A DNA stretch of 64,000 nt from an uncultured delta proteobacterium (GCA_963771175.1 CAVYSY010000052.1:128001-192000); one strand, 5' to 3'. Positions 48,616 through 58,349 are shown, counted from the first letter of the stretch. Numbers and translations: made by a program. The notes: generated from the sequence alone by a model not told the origin.

Positions 48616-49512
48616 GTGGACTGGAATGACCTGCGCTACCTGCTCGCAGTGTACGAGGGCGGCTCGCTCGCGGCCGCGGCGCGCAAGCTGCGCGTGGACG
48701 CGGCGACGGTGGGCCGGCGGCTCGCGGCGCTGGAGCGCTCCGTGGGTGTCCGCCTGCTGGAGAAGGCCCCCGGAGGGATGCGCCTGACCGTCTCCGGCGA
48801 GCAGGCGGTGCAAGCCGCGCGGCACATCGACGAGACCGCCACCACGCTGGAGCGACAGCTCGCCGGGGCGGATGTCCAGGTGTCCGGGAGCGTCCGCGTC
48901 ACCGCACCCGAGACAGTGGTGAGCCACGTGCTCGCGCCACACCTGCCCGCCTGGCGAGAACGCTACCCCGCGCTACGACTGGAATTGCTGGCGGCCACCC
49001 AGGTGCTCAACCTGTCCCGCCGTGAGGCGGACGTGGCGGTGCGGCTGTTCCGACCACAGGAACCCACGCTCGTGGTGCGCAAGCTGGGCGAGCTCTCCTT
49101 CGCGCTGTACGGCTCCAGGGCCTACGTGCGCCAGCATGGGCGTCCCCGGCTGGAGGCACTGCGCGAGCACGTGCTGCTGGGCTACGACGACTCCCTGGCA
49201 CAGACGCCAGAGAAGCAGTGGCTGGAGCGCGCGGGGGACGGGGCCCTCTTCGTCCTGCGCAGCAACAGCCGTTATGCGCTGCTGGAAGCCGCGCGCAAGG
49301 GATTGGGACTCACGGTGCTGCCCTGCTACCTCGCGGACGGCGTGTCGGGGCTCGTGAGGCTCTCCCGCCTGGACGACCTTCCCAGGCGCGAGGCCTGGCT
49401 GGCCGTTCACCCAGACCTCCAACATGCCCCGCGCGTGCGGGCGACCATCGACCTGCTGGTGGAGGTCTTCCAACGGGAAGGCGCTCGGCTGCGGGGCGAG
49501 CGGCCGAGGTGA
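48616..49512 (+). CDS. LysR-family transcriptional regulator
   Basis: MDWNDLRYLLAV..GSLAAAARKL..ATVGRRL HTH; NLSRREADVAVR; divergent from the dehydratase. Confidence 0.92.
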   Translation: MDWNDLRYLLAVYEGGSLAAAARKLRVDAATVGRRLAALERSVGVRLLEKAPGGMRLTVSGEQAVQAARHIDETATTLERQLAGADVQVSGSVRVTAPETVVSHVLAPHLPAWRERYPALRLELLAATQVLNLSRREADVAVRLFRPQEPTLVVRKLGELSFALYGSRAYVRQHGRPRLEALREHVLLGYDDSLAQTPEKQWLERAGDGALFVLRSNSRYALLEAARKGLGLTVLPCYLADGVSGLVRLSRLDDLPRREAWLAVHPDLQHAPRVRATIDLLVEVFQREGARLRGERPR

Positions 49513-49531
49513 ATCACGGGAAGGTGGAAGG

Positions 49532-49747
49532 TCGACTTTCGCCATTTTGGGCGCCTCAGAGGGAAGAACGAGGTGCCTTCCCAAAGGGAAGTCAGAGGGA
49601 GCCAGTCAAAAATGGCGAAAGTCGAGTTTGACACCGTCCCCGGTCCCGGGACACGAAGCCTCGGTATCGAATCCTCCAACATCTGCCCAGGGACTCGCTC
49701 CCTTCCTCGATTACTCGCTTGTTCCCCTCAAACTGGCGAAAGTCGAG
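49532..49747. repeat. 17-bp inverted repeat plus a third direct copy
   Basis: TCGACTTTCGCCATTTT (49532-49548) pairs with AAAATGGCGAAAGTCGA (49609-49625); TGGCGAAAGTCGAG recurs at 49734-49747. Confidence 0.8.
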
Positions 49748-49930
49748 CCTGCCCCCCCCTTCTCGACTAGCGATTTCTCTTTGCAGCACCAGGCACGCGG
49801 GCCAACCCCAATCCATTAGGATGCCGGTGCTGTTGAGCATTTGGTAGGCGCTGCATCGAACGGCCATCGCATATCTCGAATAGTTCATTGCGCCAAACAA
49901 CACCTCCAGCCTCCATGTGCATCTCTTCGC

Positions 49931-50422
49931 TCACGGGAGAGCCATAAAGATAACGCTTGCCTCTATATACAATGCCAAATGTTTTGGGTCCGCCCCTCCT
50001 GTAGAGTCCCGGACGACCGTGATGCACATCCAACCCTTGCCACAGGAGTCGAGCTCCCTGTGGTCGCACTGACGGAAGCACGCGCTCTGCGTGCTCCGGC
50101 CCACCCACAGAGGTAGTTCGAGGGGCAGCTCTCGGGCAGGAGCGGGGGTCCTTTGGGCCAGCCACATCCAAGAGGAGGTGAGCGCTTCACGTACTGCGAG
50201 CCGTCCGCTCTTGAGATCGGCGATTGTGCGTGGCGTACAAGCCGTGAACACCAGCCATGTGGCGTCAGTGGATTCCTCCGCAGTGTAAGCGAGGAGCGGC
50301 TGACCGGAGGCGGTCTTGGTAGTGTAGAGAACAGGCGTCTCCGCCTCATAGAGAACTTCCTCTACCTCCACCGAACCGAGCAGAGCCGGATCGACCATGT
50401 GCGCGCCGTTGGGCTCATTCAT
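49931..50422 (-). pseudogene. DUF6575-like protein, probably truncated
   Basis: VLYEAETPVLY...LLAY...WLV...IADLKSGRLAVREAL; ATGA overlap with the upstream gene; sequence becomes implausible after WMWLAQ. Confidence 0.5.
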
Positions 50423-50793
50423 GGGCATGACACGGCTTCCTTGAAGTACTGGTGTCGTTCGACACCCCGATAAGGCCACCAATCAATGTGGCCGCTCTTG
50501 ACGTTCGACAGCTTCATTTTCCCACATGAAGGGTCCAGCGTGCCCTCGGCGACACGCGTACCGAGATGAGGTGAGAGCCTGAGCCGATGACACGCGCGCT
50601 CCCGGCTCGTGAAGACCGAAACCGATCTGCGCGCGCAGGGAGGAGCACTCGGTGCGAGGCCGAGTTCCTCGTGGGTTCTGAAATCTTCAGGGCTTGGTGC
50701 TCGGTTGCGGACGATTCGAAACACGCCTCCGCTTGCATCCTCAGCGTCAGTAGGGGGGCATCCGGGGGGCCAGTCGCTCGGAGATTCGGCCAT
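50419..50793 (-). CDS. Small ART/RES-like hypothetical protein
   Basis: WPPGCPP.DA, VFR, DF, C...SVSVF, GHIDWW. Confidence 0.55.
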   Translation of the reverse strand: MAESPSDWPPGCPPTDAEDASGGVFRIVRNRAPSPEDFRTHEELGLAPSAPPCARRSVSVFTSRERACHRLRLSPHLGTRVAEGTLDPSCGKMKLSNVKSGHIDWWPYRGVERHQYFKEAVSCP

Positions 50794-51075
50794 TGTTCGC
50801 TCTGGATGCGAGTAGCAATCGAGAGGGGGCGAAAGTCAAGAGGTAGTGCCTTGGCCCATGCGCTGCACCTCATCTGGTACTGCCTGCTGGCTAGGCAGCA
50901 TAGCCGACAGCCAGAGAATAGGGGCTCGTTCGGCAAGTACCTGTATGCGCGCACGCGCACTGCGGTCGTGAACCTTCAAACGGATGCGGCGTTGGGCCTG
51001 GGCAGGCCTACCACGTTGATGGTGGACGGCGTTGACTTACGGCCGGTTTCAGAGGACTCCCAGCTAGGCCGACTC

Positions 51076-51543
51076 CTACCGCGAGTCGCGCACGCCGATG
51101 GCGAGCTGCCCGAGTCTGACGCTCTTGGCCAGCTCCATCACCTGCACCACGGTGCCGTGGGGGACGCCTTCGTCGGCCTGGACGATGACGATGGTGTCCG
51201 GGTTCTCCTGCTGGGCCTTGGCGAAGGCGCGGCGAACTCGTCCTCGCTGACCACGTTGCCACCCAGGACGAAGCGCCCGTCCGCTAGCACGGCCACGGAC
51301 AGCTCCGTGGCGCGCGCCGTCACGTCGGTGGTGCCACCCTTGGGCAGGTTCACCTTGAGGCCCGTCTGCGCGCCGCCCGGGGCCTGCTGTACGATGACCG
51401 AGTTCATCACCATGAAGATGATGAGGAGCATGAGGAAAATGTCCGTCAGCGGGGTGATGTTGATCTCCCCGAAGCCCGACATCCTCGAAGCCCGAATCCT
51501 CGCCGTTGCCTTCGGAATCCCCCGGAGTCTTGCCCATCGCCAT
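51076..51543 (-). pseudogene. exbD: ExbD/TolR-family protein with two frameshifts
   Basis: MAMGKTPG.. / EINITPLTDIFLMLLIIFMV..VNLPK / IVQADEGVPHGTVVQVMELAK lie in different frames. Confidence 0.8.
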
Positions 51544-51861
51544 AGGGGTGGACCGCAGGACTCCGGCGGGAACAAGGCGCGTCCACCGAGGCCGAATCGA
51601 ATCCTCGGACACATACCCGGGACACCTGTCCTGGCAACGAACATCCTCCGGGCGGCTCACGAGCGGAGTGGTGGCTCGTGGGATGCGCCGCGGGCGTGCT
51701 GGTAGCCACGCTGCATAGCCGCATACGTTCGCCGCAAGCGTCGCGGGGCGTGGGTGTGGGGAACTGAGCAGTCCCGGGGCCGAGCACCTCCCACTTCGGG
51801 CTCGGCGCACGCACCTACCGGGTGGGCTCGGTTCAGACGTCCCCCGACCCAGGAGGCGCGC

Positions 51862-53022
51862 ATGAGCGTCCATCTGCAGCACTTCTCGGTGCGCTACGAG
51901 TATCCGGTCCACTTCACTCGAGACGTCCTCTCCCCGGACAACCCCGCCCTGGCCGAGGCCCTCTGCCGCCTGGAGTCGCGGCGGCACCGGGTGCTGGCGT
52001 TCATCGACCGCGGTGTCTCCGACGCATGGCCCGACCTGAGAGGCCGGCTGCTCCAATATTCGGAGCGCCACACGGACTGTCTCCAGCTCGTCTCGGAGCC
52101 GCTGCTCGTCGAGGGCGGAGAGGCCTGCAAGAACGACCCGTCCGCTCCCATGCGCTTGCTGGCGAAGCTGGACGAGTTCTCGCTCGATCGACATTCCTTC
52201 GTCCTGGCCATCGGAGGCGGGGCGATGTTGGACCTGGTCGGGTTCGCCGCGGCCACCGCTCATCGCGGCATCCGGCTCGTCCGTGTGCCCAGCACCGTGC
52301 TGTCCCAGGCCGATGGGGGCCTCGGGGTGAAGAATGGCGTCAATGCCTTCGGGAAGAAGAACTTCCTCGGCACCTTCGTGCCTCCCTTCGCCGTGCTCAA
52401 CGACTCCCTCCTGCTGGAGACGCTCAGCCTCCGGGACAAGCGCTCCGGCATGGCCGAGGCCGTGAAGGTGGCCCTCCTCAAGGCTCCCGTCTTCTTCGCG
52501 TGGATGGAGACCCATGCGGAGGCGCTCGCCCGCGCCGAGCCCGAGGCCCTGGCCATCCTCGTGCGCGGCGCCGCCAAGCTGCATCTGCGGCACATCGCCA
52601 CCTCGGGAGACCCGTTCGAGCTGGGCAGCGCGCGCCCGCTGGACTTCGGCCACTGGGCCGCCCACAAGCTGGAGGTGCTCTCGGAGCACCGGCTGCGCCA
52701 CGGGGAGGCCGTGGCCATCGGCATCGCCCTGGACACCGCGTACTCGGTGGAGCGTGGGCTGCTCGAGCCCGCCGCGCGCGCGCGCGTGGTGGGACTCCTG
52801 GAGGCGCTGGGCTTCCGGCTGTGGGACGAGGCGCTGGCGCTCGAGAGGGCTGGGCGCCCCCGCGTGCTCGACGGCCTCGCCGAGTTCCGCGAGCACCTGG
52901 GCGGAGAGCTGACCGTCACCCTCCTGCCCGCCATCGGCAAGGGGCTCGAGGTGCATGACATCTGCCTGGAGCGCATGGGCCTCGCACTGGAATGGCTCGC
53001 CCGGAGGAAGGGGGCGAGATGA
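51862..53022 (+). CDS. eboD: EboD, 3-dehydroquinate-synthase-like sugar-phosphate cyclase
   Basis: GGEACKND, DRHS, IGGGAMLDLVG, GVKNGVN, HI...GDPFELGSARPLDFGHWAAHKLE, HGEAV, EFREHLGG. Confidence 0.88.
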   Translation: MSVHLQHFSVRYEYPVHFTRDVLSPDNPALAEALCRLESRRHRVLAFIDRGVSDAWPDLRGRLLQYSERHTDCLQLVSEPLLVEGGEACKNDPSAPMRLLAKLDEFSLDRHSFVLAIGGGAMLDLVGFAAATAHRGIRLVRVPSTVLSQADGGLGVKNGVNAFGKKNFLGTFVPPFAVLNDSLLLETLSLRDKRSGMAEAVKVALLKAPVFFAWMETHAEALARAEPEALAILVRGAAKLHLRHIATSGDPFELGSARPLDFGHWAAHKLEVLSEHRLRHGEAVAIGIALDTAYSVERGLLEPAARARVVGLLEALGFRLWDEALALERAGRPRVLDGLAEFREHLGGELTVTLLPAIGKGLEVHDICLERMGLALEWLARRKGAR

Positions 53023-54233
53023 GGCTCGCTTCGCCTGGCGGGCCGCACCTCACCTACTGCACCAACGTCCACCCCGGCGAGGGCTGGGCCGAGGTGTTCG
53101 ACAACCTCGAGCGGTACGTCGTCCCCGTCAAGGCGCTCGTCTCACCGGAGCAGCCCTTCGGTGTGGGTCTGCGCCTGTCCGCGCGTGCCGCCGAGGAGCT
53201 CTCCCGGCCCGGAGTGCTCGCCGCCTTCCGAGACTGGCTGGGCGCGAGTGGACTGTATGTCTTCACCCTCAATGGCTTTCCCCATGGCGCCTTCCACGGA
53301 GCGCCGGTGAAGGAGGGCGTCTACCGGCCGGACTGGCTGGAGCCGGAGCGAGGCGTCTACACGGAGCGGCTGGCGCACCTGCTGGCGGCGCTGCTGCCCG
53401 AGGGCGTGGAGGGCAGCATCAGCACCGTCCCGTGTGCCTTCCGGACGAGGGTCCGCTTCAACGGCGATGTCGAGCGCATGGCCCGGCGGCTCCTGGAGCA
53501 CCTGTCCTCGCTGCACCGCCTCCGCGAGGACACGGGCCGGAGGGTGTCCCTTGCCCTCGAACCCGAGCCGGGCTGCTTCCTCGAGACGACGGCGGACGTC
53601 GTCTCCTTCTTCCAGGAGCACCTCCTCTCGCGCGACGCGCTGGCGTGCTTCGGCCGGATGAGCGGGCTGTCGCTCGGGGAGGCCGAGGCGTTCCTCCGTT
53701 ACCACCTCGGCGTCTGCCTCGACGCCTGCCACCTCGCGGTGGAGTTCGAGCAGCCTCGGGAGTGCCTGGAGGCCCTCGGGCGGGCGGGCTTGCGCGTCTG
53801 CAAGTACCAGCTCAGCGCCGGGTTGCGGGTGCGCTGGGAGGAGGGGTCGCGAGAGTCCCTGCTCGCGGCGCTCTCCCGCTTCGCCGAGGGCGTCTACCTG
53901 CACCAGGTGGTGCAGCGCCGAGGGGGCACGCTGGCGAAATGGGATGATCTCCCCGAGGCGCTCGCCCGGGCCGCCGAGGAGCTCGGACCCCTGGGCGAGT
54001 GGCGCATCCACTTCCACGTGCCGATCTTCCACGAGGCGCTGGGACACCAGCTCACCAGCACGCAGGCGCAGGTGAGCGAGCTGCTGGCGCTGCTGCACGA
54101 GGAGGGGACGGCACAGCACCTCGAGGTGGAGACGTACACCTGGGAGGTGCTGCCCGAGGAGCTCCGGACGGGGAGCGTGGTGGACTCCCTGGCGCGCGAG
54201 CTGCGCTGGGTGCGCGGGAGGATGGAAGGATGA
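53019..54233 (+). CDS. eboE: EboE, xylose-isomerase-like TIM-barrel protein
   Basis: HLTYCTNVHPGE, GVGLRLS, TLNGFP.G.FH...VK..VY.PDW, LEPEP, YLHQV, WRIHFHVP, HLEVETYTW. Confidence 0.9.
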   Translation: MRLASPGGPHLTYCTNVHPGEGWAEVFDNLERYVVPVKALVSPEQPFGVGLRLSARAAEELSRPGVLAAFRDWLGASGLYVFTLNGFPHGAFHGAPVKEGVYRPDWLEPERGVYTERLAHLLAALLPEGVEGSISTVPCAFRTRVRFNGDVERMARRLLEHLSSLHRLREDTGRRVSLALEPEPGCFLETTADVVSFFQEHLLSRDALACFGRMSGLSLGEAEAFLRYHLGVCLDACHLAVEFEQPRECLEALGRAGLRVCKYQLSAGLRVRWEEGSRESLLAALSRFAEGVYLHQVVQRRGGTLAKWDDLPEALARAAEELGPLGEWRIHFHVPIFHEALGHQLTSTQAQVSELLALLHEEGTAQHLEVETYTWEVLPEELRTGSVVDSLARELRWVRGRMEG

Positions 54234-55111
54234 GCACGCTGCTCGGGCGGCTGGGCGTGTACCTGCGGCTCGGCCGCGTCTCCAACCTGCCCACCGTGTG
54301 GTCCAACGTTCTGGCGGGCATGGTGCTGGCGGGTGGGGTGGTGGAGCCGGGAGGCCTCGCGGGGCTGCTGCTCTCGCTCAGCCTGTTCTACGTGGCCGGC
54401 ATGTTCCTCAATGATGGCTTCGACCGGGGCGTGGATGCGCGAGAGCGGCCGGAGCGGCCCATTCCCGCGGGACGCGTCGGTGCGGGCGAGGTGTTCGCGC
54501 TCGGCTTCGGAATGCTGGCCCTGGCGGTGCTGCTCGTGGTGTTGCAGGCCCGGCGGTCCGGAGTGGGGAGCGGCCCGGCGCTGTTGGCGGGGCTCGCCCT
54601 GGCTGGCGCCATCGTCCTCTATGACGTCTGGCACAAGGACAATCCGGCCAGCCCGCTGGTGATGGGTTCCTGTCGGATGTTGATCTACGTCACCGCGGCC
54701 GCCACCCTCACCGGGCGCGTGGGCTCGTCCGTGGTGGAGGGCGCGCTGGTGCTGCTCTGCTACCTCATCGGCCTCACCTATGCGGCGAAACAGGAGCGCC
54801 GTGAGCGGGTGGGACACTTCTGGCCGCTGCTCTTCCTCGCCGTGCCCTTCGTCTACGTGGCCCCGTCCTTCCTCCGCTCGCCGGTGGTGGCGGGGCTCTT
54901 CCTGGGCTTCCTCGCGTGGGTGGGCCATGCCGTGTCGCTGCTGGTGCGGCGCCCACCCCAGGTGCCTCGAGCGGTGGTCTCCTTCATCGCCGGTATCTCC
55001 CTGCTCGATGCGCTGCTCATCGCCGTCAGCGGCCGCCCGGAGCTGGCCGGGCTGGCGGCTCTGGCCTTTCCGGCTACGCTGTTCCTGCAGCGCTACGTTC
55101 GAGGGACGTGA
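54230..55111 (+). CDS. eboC: EboC, UbiA-family prenyltransferase
   Basis: RVSNLPTVWSN, GMFLNDGFD..D..ERPERPIP, YD..HK, MGSCR, LLDA. Confidence 0.88.
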   Translation: MSTLLGRLGVYLRLGRVSNLPTVWSNVLAGMVLAGGVVEPGGLAGLLLSLSLFYVAGMFLNDGFDRGVDARERPERPIPAGRVGAGEVFALGFGMLALAVLLVVLQARRSGVGSGPALLAGLALAGAIVLYDVWHKDNPASPLVMGSCRMLIYVTAAATLTGRVGSSVVEGALVLLCYLIGLTYAAKQERRERVGHFWPLLFLAVPFVYVAPSFLRSPVVAGLFLGFLAWVGHAVSLLVRRPPQVPRAVVSFIAGISLLDALLIAVSGRPELAGLAALAFPATLFLQRYVRGT

Positions 55112-56501
55112 CGGCGGACCTGGACTCGAAGAGGTGCGAGAGGATGAGCTCCTTGACCTCCGTCGCCCGTACCTCGCGCTCCGGTAGCAGCCGTGGCTCG
55201 CTGGAGAGGAGCAGCGGCCCCCGCGCCGCATCCTCCGTTGGCCGGCCGTGAGAGCCCTTCACCAGGCTCGCATCCAGCGGCACCACGTCCATCAGGTAGC
55301 GCAGACCCAACTTCTTCTTCAGCAGCGTCAGGCCCACCTTGAGCTGAGGCACGCGCAGCGATGGACTCGTGAACAGCTCCACCGGGTCGTACCCGGGCTT
55401 GCGGTGGATGTCGACGGTGCGGGCGAAGTCTGGCGCCCTCCGGTCATCCAGCCAGTAGTAGTAGCTGAACCAGCGGTCCGGTCGGGAGATGGCCACCAGC
55501 TCGCCCGAGCGCGGATGTGCCAGGCCGTGCCGACGCTTGCCCTCCTCGTCCAGCACCTCCTCCACGCCGTCCAGCCGCTCCAGCAGCCGCTTCACCTGAG
55601 CGACCAACTCGGGACGCTGGACGTAGACATGGGCCACCTGGTGATCGGCCACCGCGAAGGCCTGGGAGGCCCCCGCATCCAGCTTCTCCTCTCCCAGCTC
55701 CTCGCGGACGGCGAGCCAGCCGGCCTCGCGAAGCGCGCGGTTGAGGTGCACCGCGCCTCGCACCGGCGTCATGCCGTACTCGGACAGCACCAGCACCCGG
55801 GCCCCATCGGCGGTGACGTGGCGGATGAGCTCGCCACAGACGTCATCCACCTCGCGCAGCGCTCGAGGAATGTCCGGATGGTCCGGCCCCAGCCGCTGCA
55901 AGTCGTAGTCGAGGTGCGGCAGGTAGACGAGCGTGAGCGTCGGCCGGTGGCGGTCGTAGACGATTCGCGCGCAGCGGGCGATCCACCGGGAGGAGGAGAT
56001 GTCGGCACCCGGACCCCAGAACTGGAAGAGGGGGAAGGGCCCGAGCTCCGCGTTCAGCTCCTCGCGCAGGCTCGCGGGCGAGGTGTAGATGTCGGGCAGC
56101 TTGAGGCCGTCGGCGCGGTAGATGGGGCGCGGGGTGACGGAGAAGTCCACCGCCGCGTACATGTTGTACCACCAGAAGAGCTGGGCACAGGTGAACGAGG
56201 CATCCCTCGCCCGGGCCGCTTCCCACAACTTCTCCCCACCCACGAGCCGGTTGGACTGGCGCCAGAGCCACACCTCGGCCAGCTCCCGGAAGTACCAGCC
56301 ATTGGCCACGCAGCCGTGCTCGGAGGGTGGCAGGCCGGTGGTGAAGGTGGCCTGCACCGAGCTGGTGACCGCGGGCAGCACCGTCCGCAGCGGACGCATG
56401 CTCCCGGCCCGGGCGAGTGCCCGCAGGTGGGGCGTGTGCTCCCCCAGCATTCCGGGGGTGAGTCCCACCACGTTGAGCACCACCGTGCGGTGCAGGCTCA
56501 T
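55074..56501 (-). CDS. eboF: EboF, nucleotide pyrophosphatase / alkaline-phosphatase-superfamily protein
   Basis: VLNVVGLT, PAVT, HG.VANGW, LFWWYNM, YLPHLDY.LQR, DHQVAHVY, DIHRKPGYDP, KGSHG. Confidence 0.9.
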   Translation of the reverse strand: MSLHRTVVLNVVGLTPGMLGEHTPHLRALARAGSMRPLRTVLPAVTSSVQATFTTGLPPSEHGCVANGWYFRELAEVWLWRQSNRLVGGEKLWEAARARDASFTCAQLFWWYNMYAAVDFSVTPRPIYRADGLKLPDIYTSPASLREELNAELGPFPLFQFWGPGADISSSRWIARCARIVYDRHRPTLTLVYLPHLDYDLQRLGPDHPDIPRALREVDDVCGELIRHVTADGARVLVLSEYGMTPVRGAVHLNRALREAGWLAVREELGEEKLDAGASQAFAVADHQVAHVYVQRPELVAQVKRLLERLDGVEEVLDEEGKRRHGLAHPRSGELVAISRPDRWFSYYYWLDDRRAPDFARTVDIHRKPGYDPVELFTSPSLRVPQLKVGLTLLKKKLGLRYLMDVVPLDASLVKGSHGRPTEDAARGPLLLSSEPRLLPEREVRATEVKELILSHLFESRSAVTSLERSAAGTA

Positions 56502-57382
56502 GGCCTCACCACAGCGGTCTGCCCGCGCAGCACCGAGTTGCCCTCCCACAGCTCTCGTTGATCGATCTTCGCTGGCTTCTCCAGCTCCGTCAGCTCCAGC
56601 CGGCCGCTCTGGGCGAAGAAGGCCACGGGGTTGCGCCAGACGATGGTTTCGATTGTCTCCTCGTCCACCCCGCGCTCCCGCATCCGTGCCACCGTCTTCG
56701 GCACCTTCAGCGGATCACTCACTCCCCAGTCCGCGGCGCTGTTGATGAGGATGCGCTCGGCGCCGTAGCGCTGGACGAGCGTCACCATGCGCTCCTCGTC
56801 CATCTTCGTGTGCGGGTAGATGGAGTGCCCGGCCCAGCAGCCGCTCTCCAGGACCAGCGGCAACGTCTCCTCGGTGTTGTGGTCCACCAGCACCCGCTCC
56901 TCGGGGAAGCGGTGCTCGCGCAGCAGCGCGAGGGTGTGCTCGGTGCCCCGCTTCTTGTCGCGGTGGGGCGTGTGGACGAGCACCGGCAATTCGAAGCGCC
57001 GGGCCAGCTCGAGCTGCTCGGAGAAGCAGCGCTCCTCGGAGGGCGTCAGCTCGTCGAAGCCGATCTCTCCCACCGCCACCACGCTGTCCTTGCCCAGGTA
57101 GCGCGGCAGCAACGCGAGCACCTGGTCCACCAGGTTCGCGTCGTTGGCCTCCTTGGGGTTGAGGGCCAGGGCGCAGAAGTGGCGGATGCCGAACTGGCTG
57201 GCGCGGAAGCGCTCCCAGCCCACCAGCGAGGCGAAGTAGTCCTCGAAGCTGCCCACCTGCGTGCGCGGCTGGCCGAGCCAGAACGCGGGTTCGAGCACCG
57301 CGGCGATGCCCATGGCGGCCATGGACTGGTAGTCGTCCGTCGTGCGGGACGTCATGTGGATGTGTGGATCGAACAGCTTCAT
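56498..57382 (-). CDS. eboB: EboB, TatD-family metallohydrolase
   Basis: DPHIHMTSRTTDDY, EPAFWLGQPR, GWERFRASQFG, HTPHRDK, SAADWG.SDPL. Confidence 0.9.
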   Translation of the reverse strand: MKLFDPHIHMTSRTTDDYQSMAAMGIAAVLEPAFWLGQPRTQVGSFEDYFASLVGWERFRASQFGIRHFCALALNPKEANDANLVDQVLALLPRYLGKDSVVAVGEIGFDELTPSEERCFSEQLELARRFELPVLVHTPHRDKKRGTEHTLALLREHRFPEERVLVDHNTEETLPLVLESGCWAGHSIYPHTKMDEERMVTLVQRYGAERILINSAADWGVSDPLKVPKTVARMRERGVDEETIETIVWRNPVAFFAQSGRLELTELEKPAKIDQRELWEGNSVLRGQTAVVRP

Positions 57383-58053
57383 GCGGAGGCTCCCGAGGGA
57401 AGAAGAAGGGTGAGGTCATGCGGGAGGCTGCGTCCGGCCGCCCTGCGCTCGCTCGCGTAGGCAGCGGCCATGCGGGCCAGCTCGGGGTTGCGCCGGCGCT
57501 CCAGCCCCACCACGCGCGCCAGGGGCACGCCGGTGAAGACGGCCTTGAGCACCAACTGGTTGAAGGCGGACTCCGGGAAGAGCGCCGCGGGGTAGGAGTT
57601 CTCGCAGGCGATGGCCTCGAAGACGGGCTGGACGTGGGTGCGGCAGGCGTCTCTTGCCAGCTCCAGGAAGCGCTCGGGACGGAGCAGCAGTGGCAGCGTC
57701 TTCAGTACGGCCTGCCGCTCGGCGTTGTCCCCGCTTCGGTAGCACGCGGCGACGAGGGCCTCGTGTCTCTCCGGCGCCAGCTGCTCCTGCGCGCGCAGCA
57801 GCAGCGCCACACGTCCCAGCAGCGCGGGAGTGCAGGTGTCCGGGGCCAGCGACAAGCCGAGCCCGGCCAGCGCGTCCCCCGGAGTGCCGAGCGGCTTCTG
57901 GCCGAGCCGCCGCCCGGCCATGGCGAAGGCCTCGAGGAAGGCCGAGTCGTCGAGGCCGTTTCCGGAGGAGGGAGCACTGGCTCGGGAGAGCCACTCCCAA
58001 GTGGAGGAATCGAGCCGGGACTCCAGGAATCCGAGCAGGTGCGAAGCACTCAT
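57379..58053 (-). CDS. eboA: EboA-domain protein
   Basis: GD..ER.AVL..LP, ACR......FEAIACEN.YPA, FNQLVLKAVF, ERRAAGR. Confidence 0.88.
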   Translation of the reverse strand: MSASHLLGFLESRLDSSTWEWLSRASAPSSGNGLDDSAFLEAFAMAGRRLGQKPLGTPGDALAGLGLSLAPDTCTPALLGRVALLLRAQEQLAPERHEALVAACYRSGDNAERQAVLKTLPLLLRPERFLELARDACRTHVQPVFEAIACENSYPAALFPESAFNQLVLKAVFTGVPLARVVGLERRRNPELARMAAAYASERRAAGRSLPHDLTLLLPSGASA

Positions 58054-58228
58054 GGCCGAGCGAGTTAGTGACGACAAAACGCCGTCACAAGCGCGGGCCG
58101 CGGCACTGGCTGGAAGTGGACGCGCTCCAGACAGGCCACTGTGGTTCGGGTGACAACCCCGGCCCGGCTCGGGTGCCCCCAGGTCCCATCCCCCGGAGAA
58201 AGGCACCCGCACACTGCGCTCGGACGCA

Positions 58229-58348
58229 CTTCCGCCCGAGGAGCTCGCCCAGCTCATGGCGCGCTTCTACGACGTCATGGCGGGAGTGGCCTTCGAGAAT
58301 GAGGCCACGCTCGACAAGTTCATTGGCGATGCGGTGATGGCGCTGTGA
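58229..58348 (+). pseudogene. Fragment of a class III adenylate/guanylate cyclase
   Basis: Translates LPPEELAQLMARFYDVMAGVAFENEATLDKFIGDAVMAL then stop. Confidence 0.7.
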
Positions 58349-58349
58349 C

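Noticed and set aside
50836..51000. Minus-strand peptide QRRIRLKVHDRSARARIQVLAERAPILWL as a transposase remnant
   Set aside because: No start and no DDE motif; resemblance too weak to call
51076..52956. 626-aa minus-strand ORF ending in an ExbD-like tail
   Set aside because: Mostly antisense to eboD; only the last part belongs to the frameshifted exbD, so it is not a fusion
51862..53022. Calling this gene aroB
   Set aside because: The DPFE.GSARPLDFGHW.AHKLE motif and the eboE/eboC neighbours point to EboD
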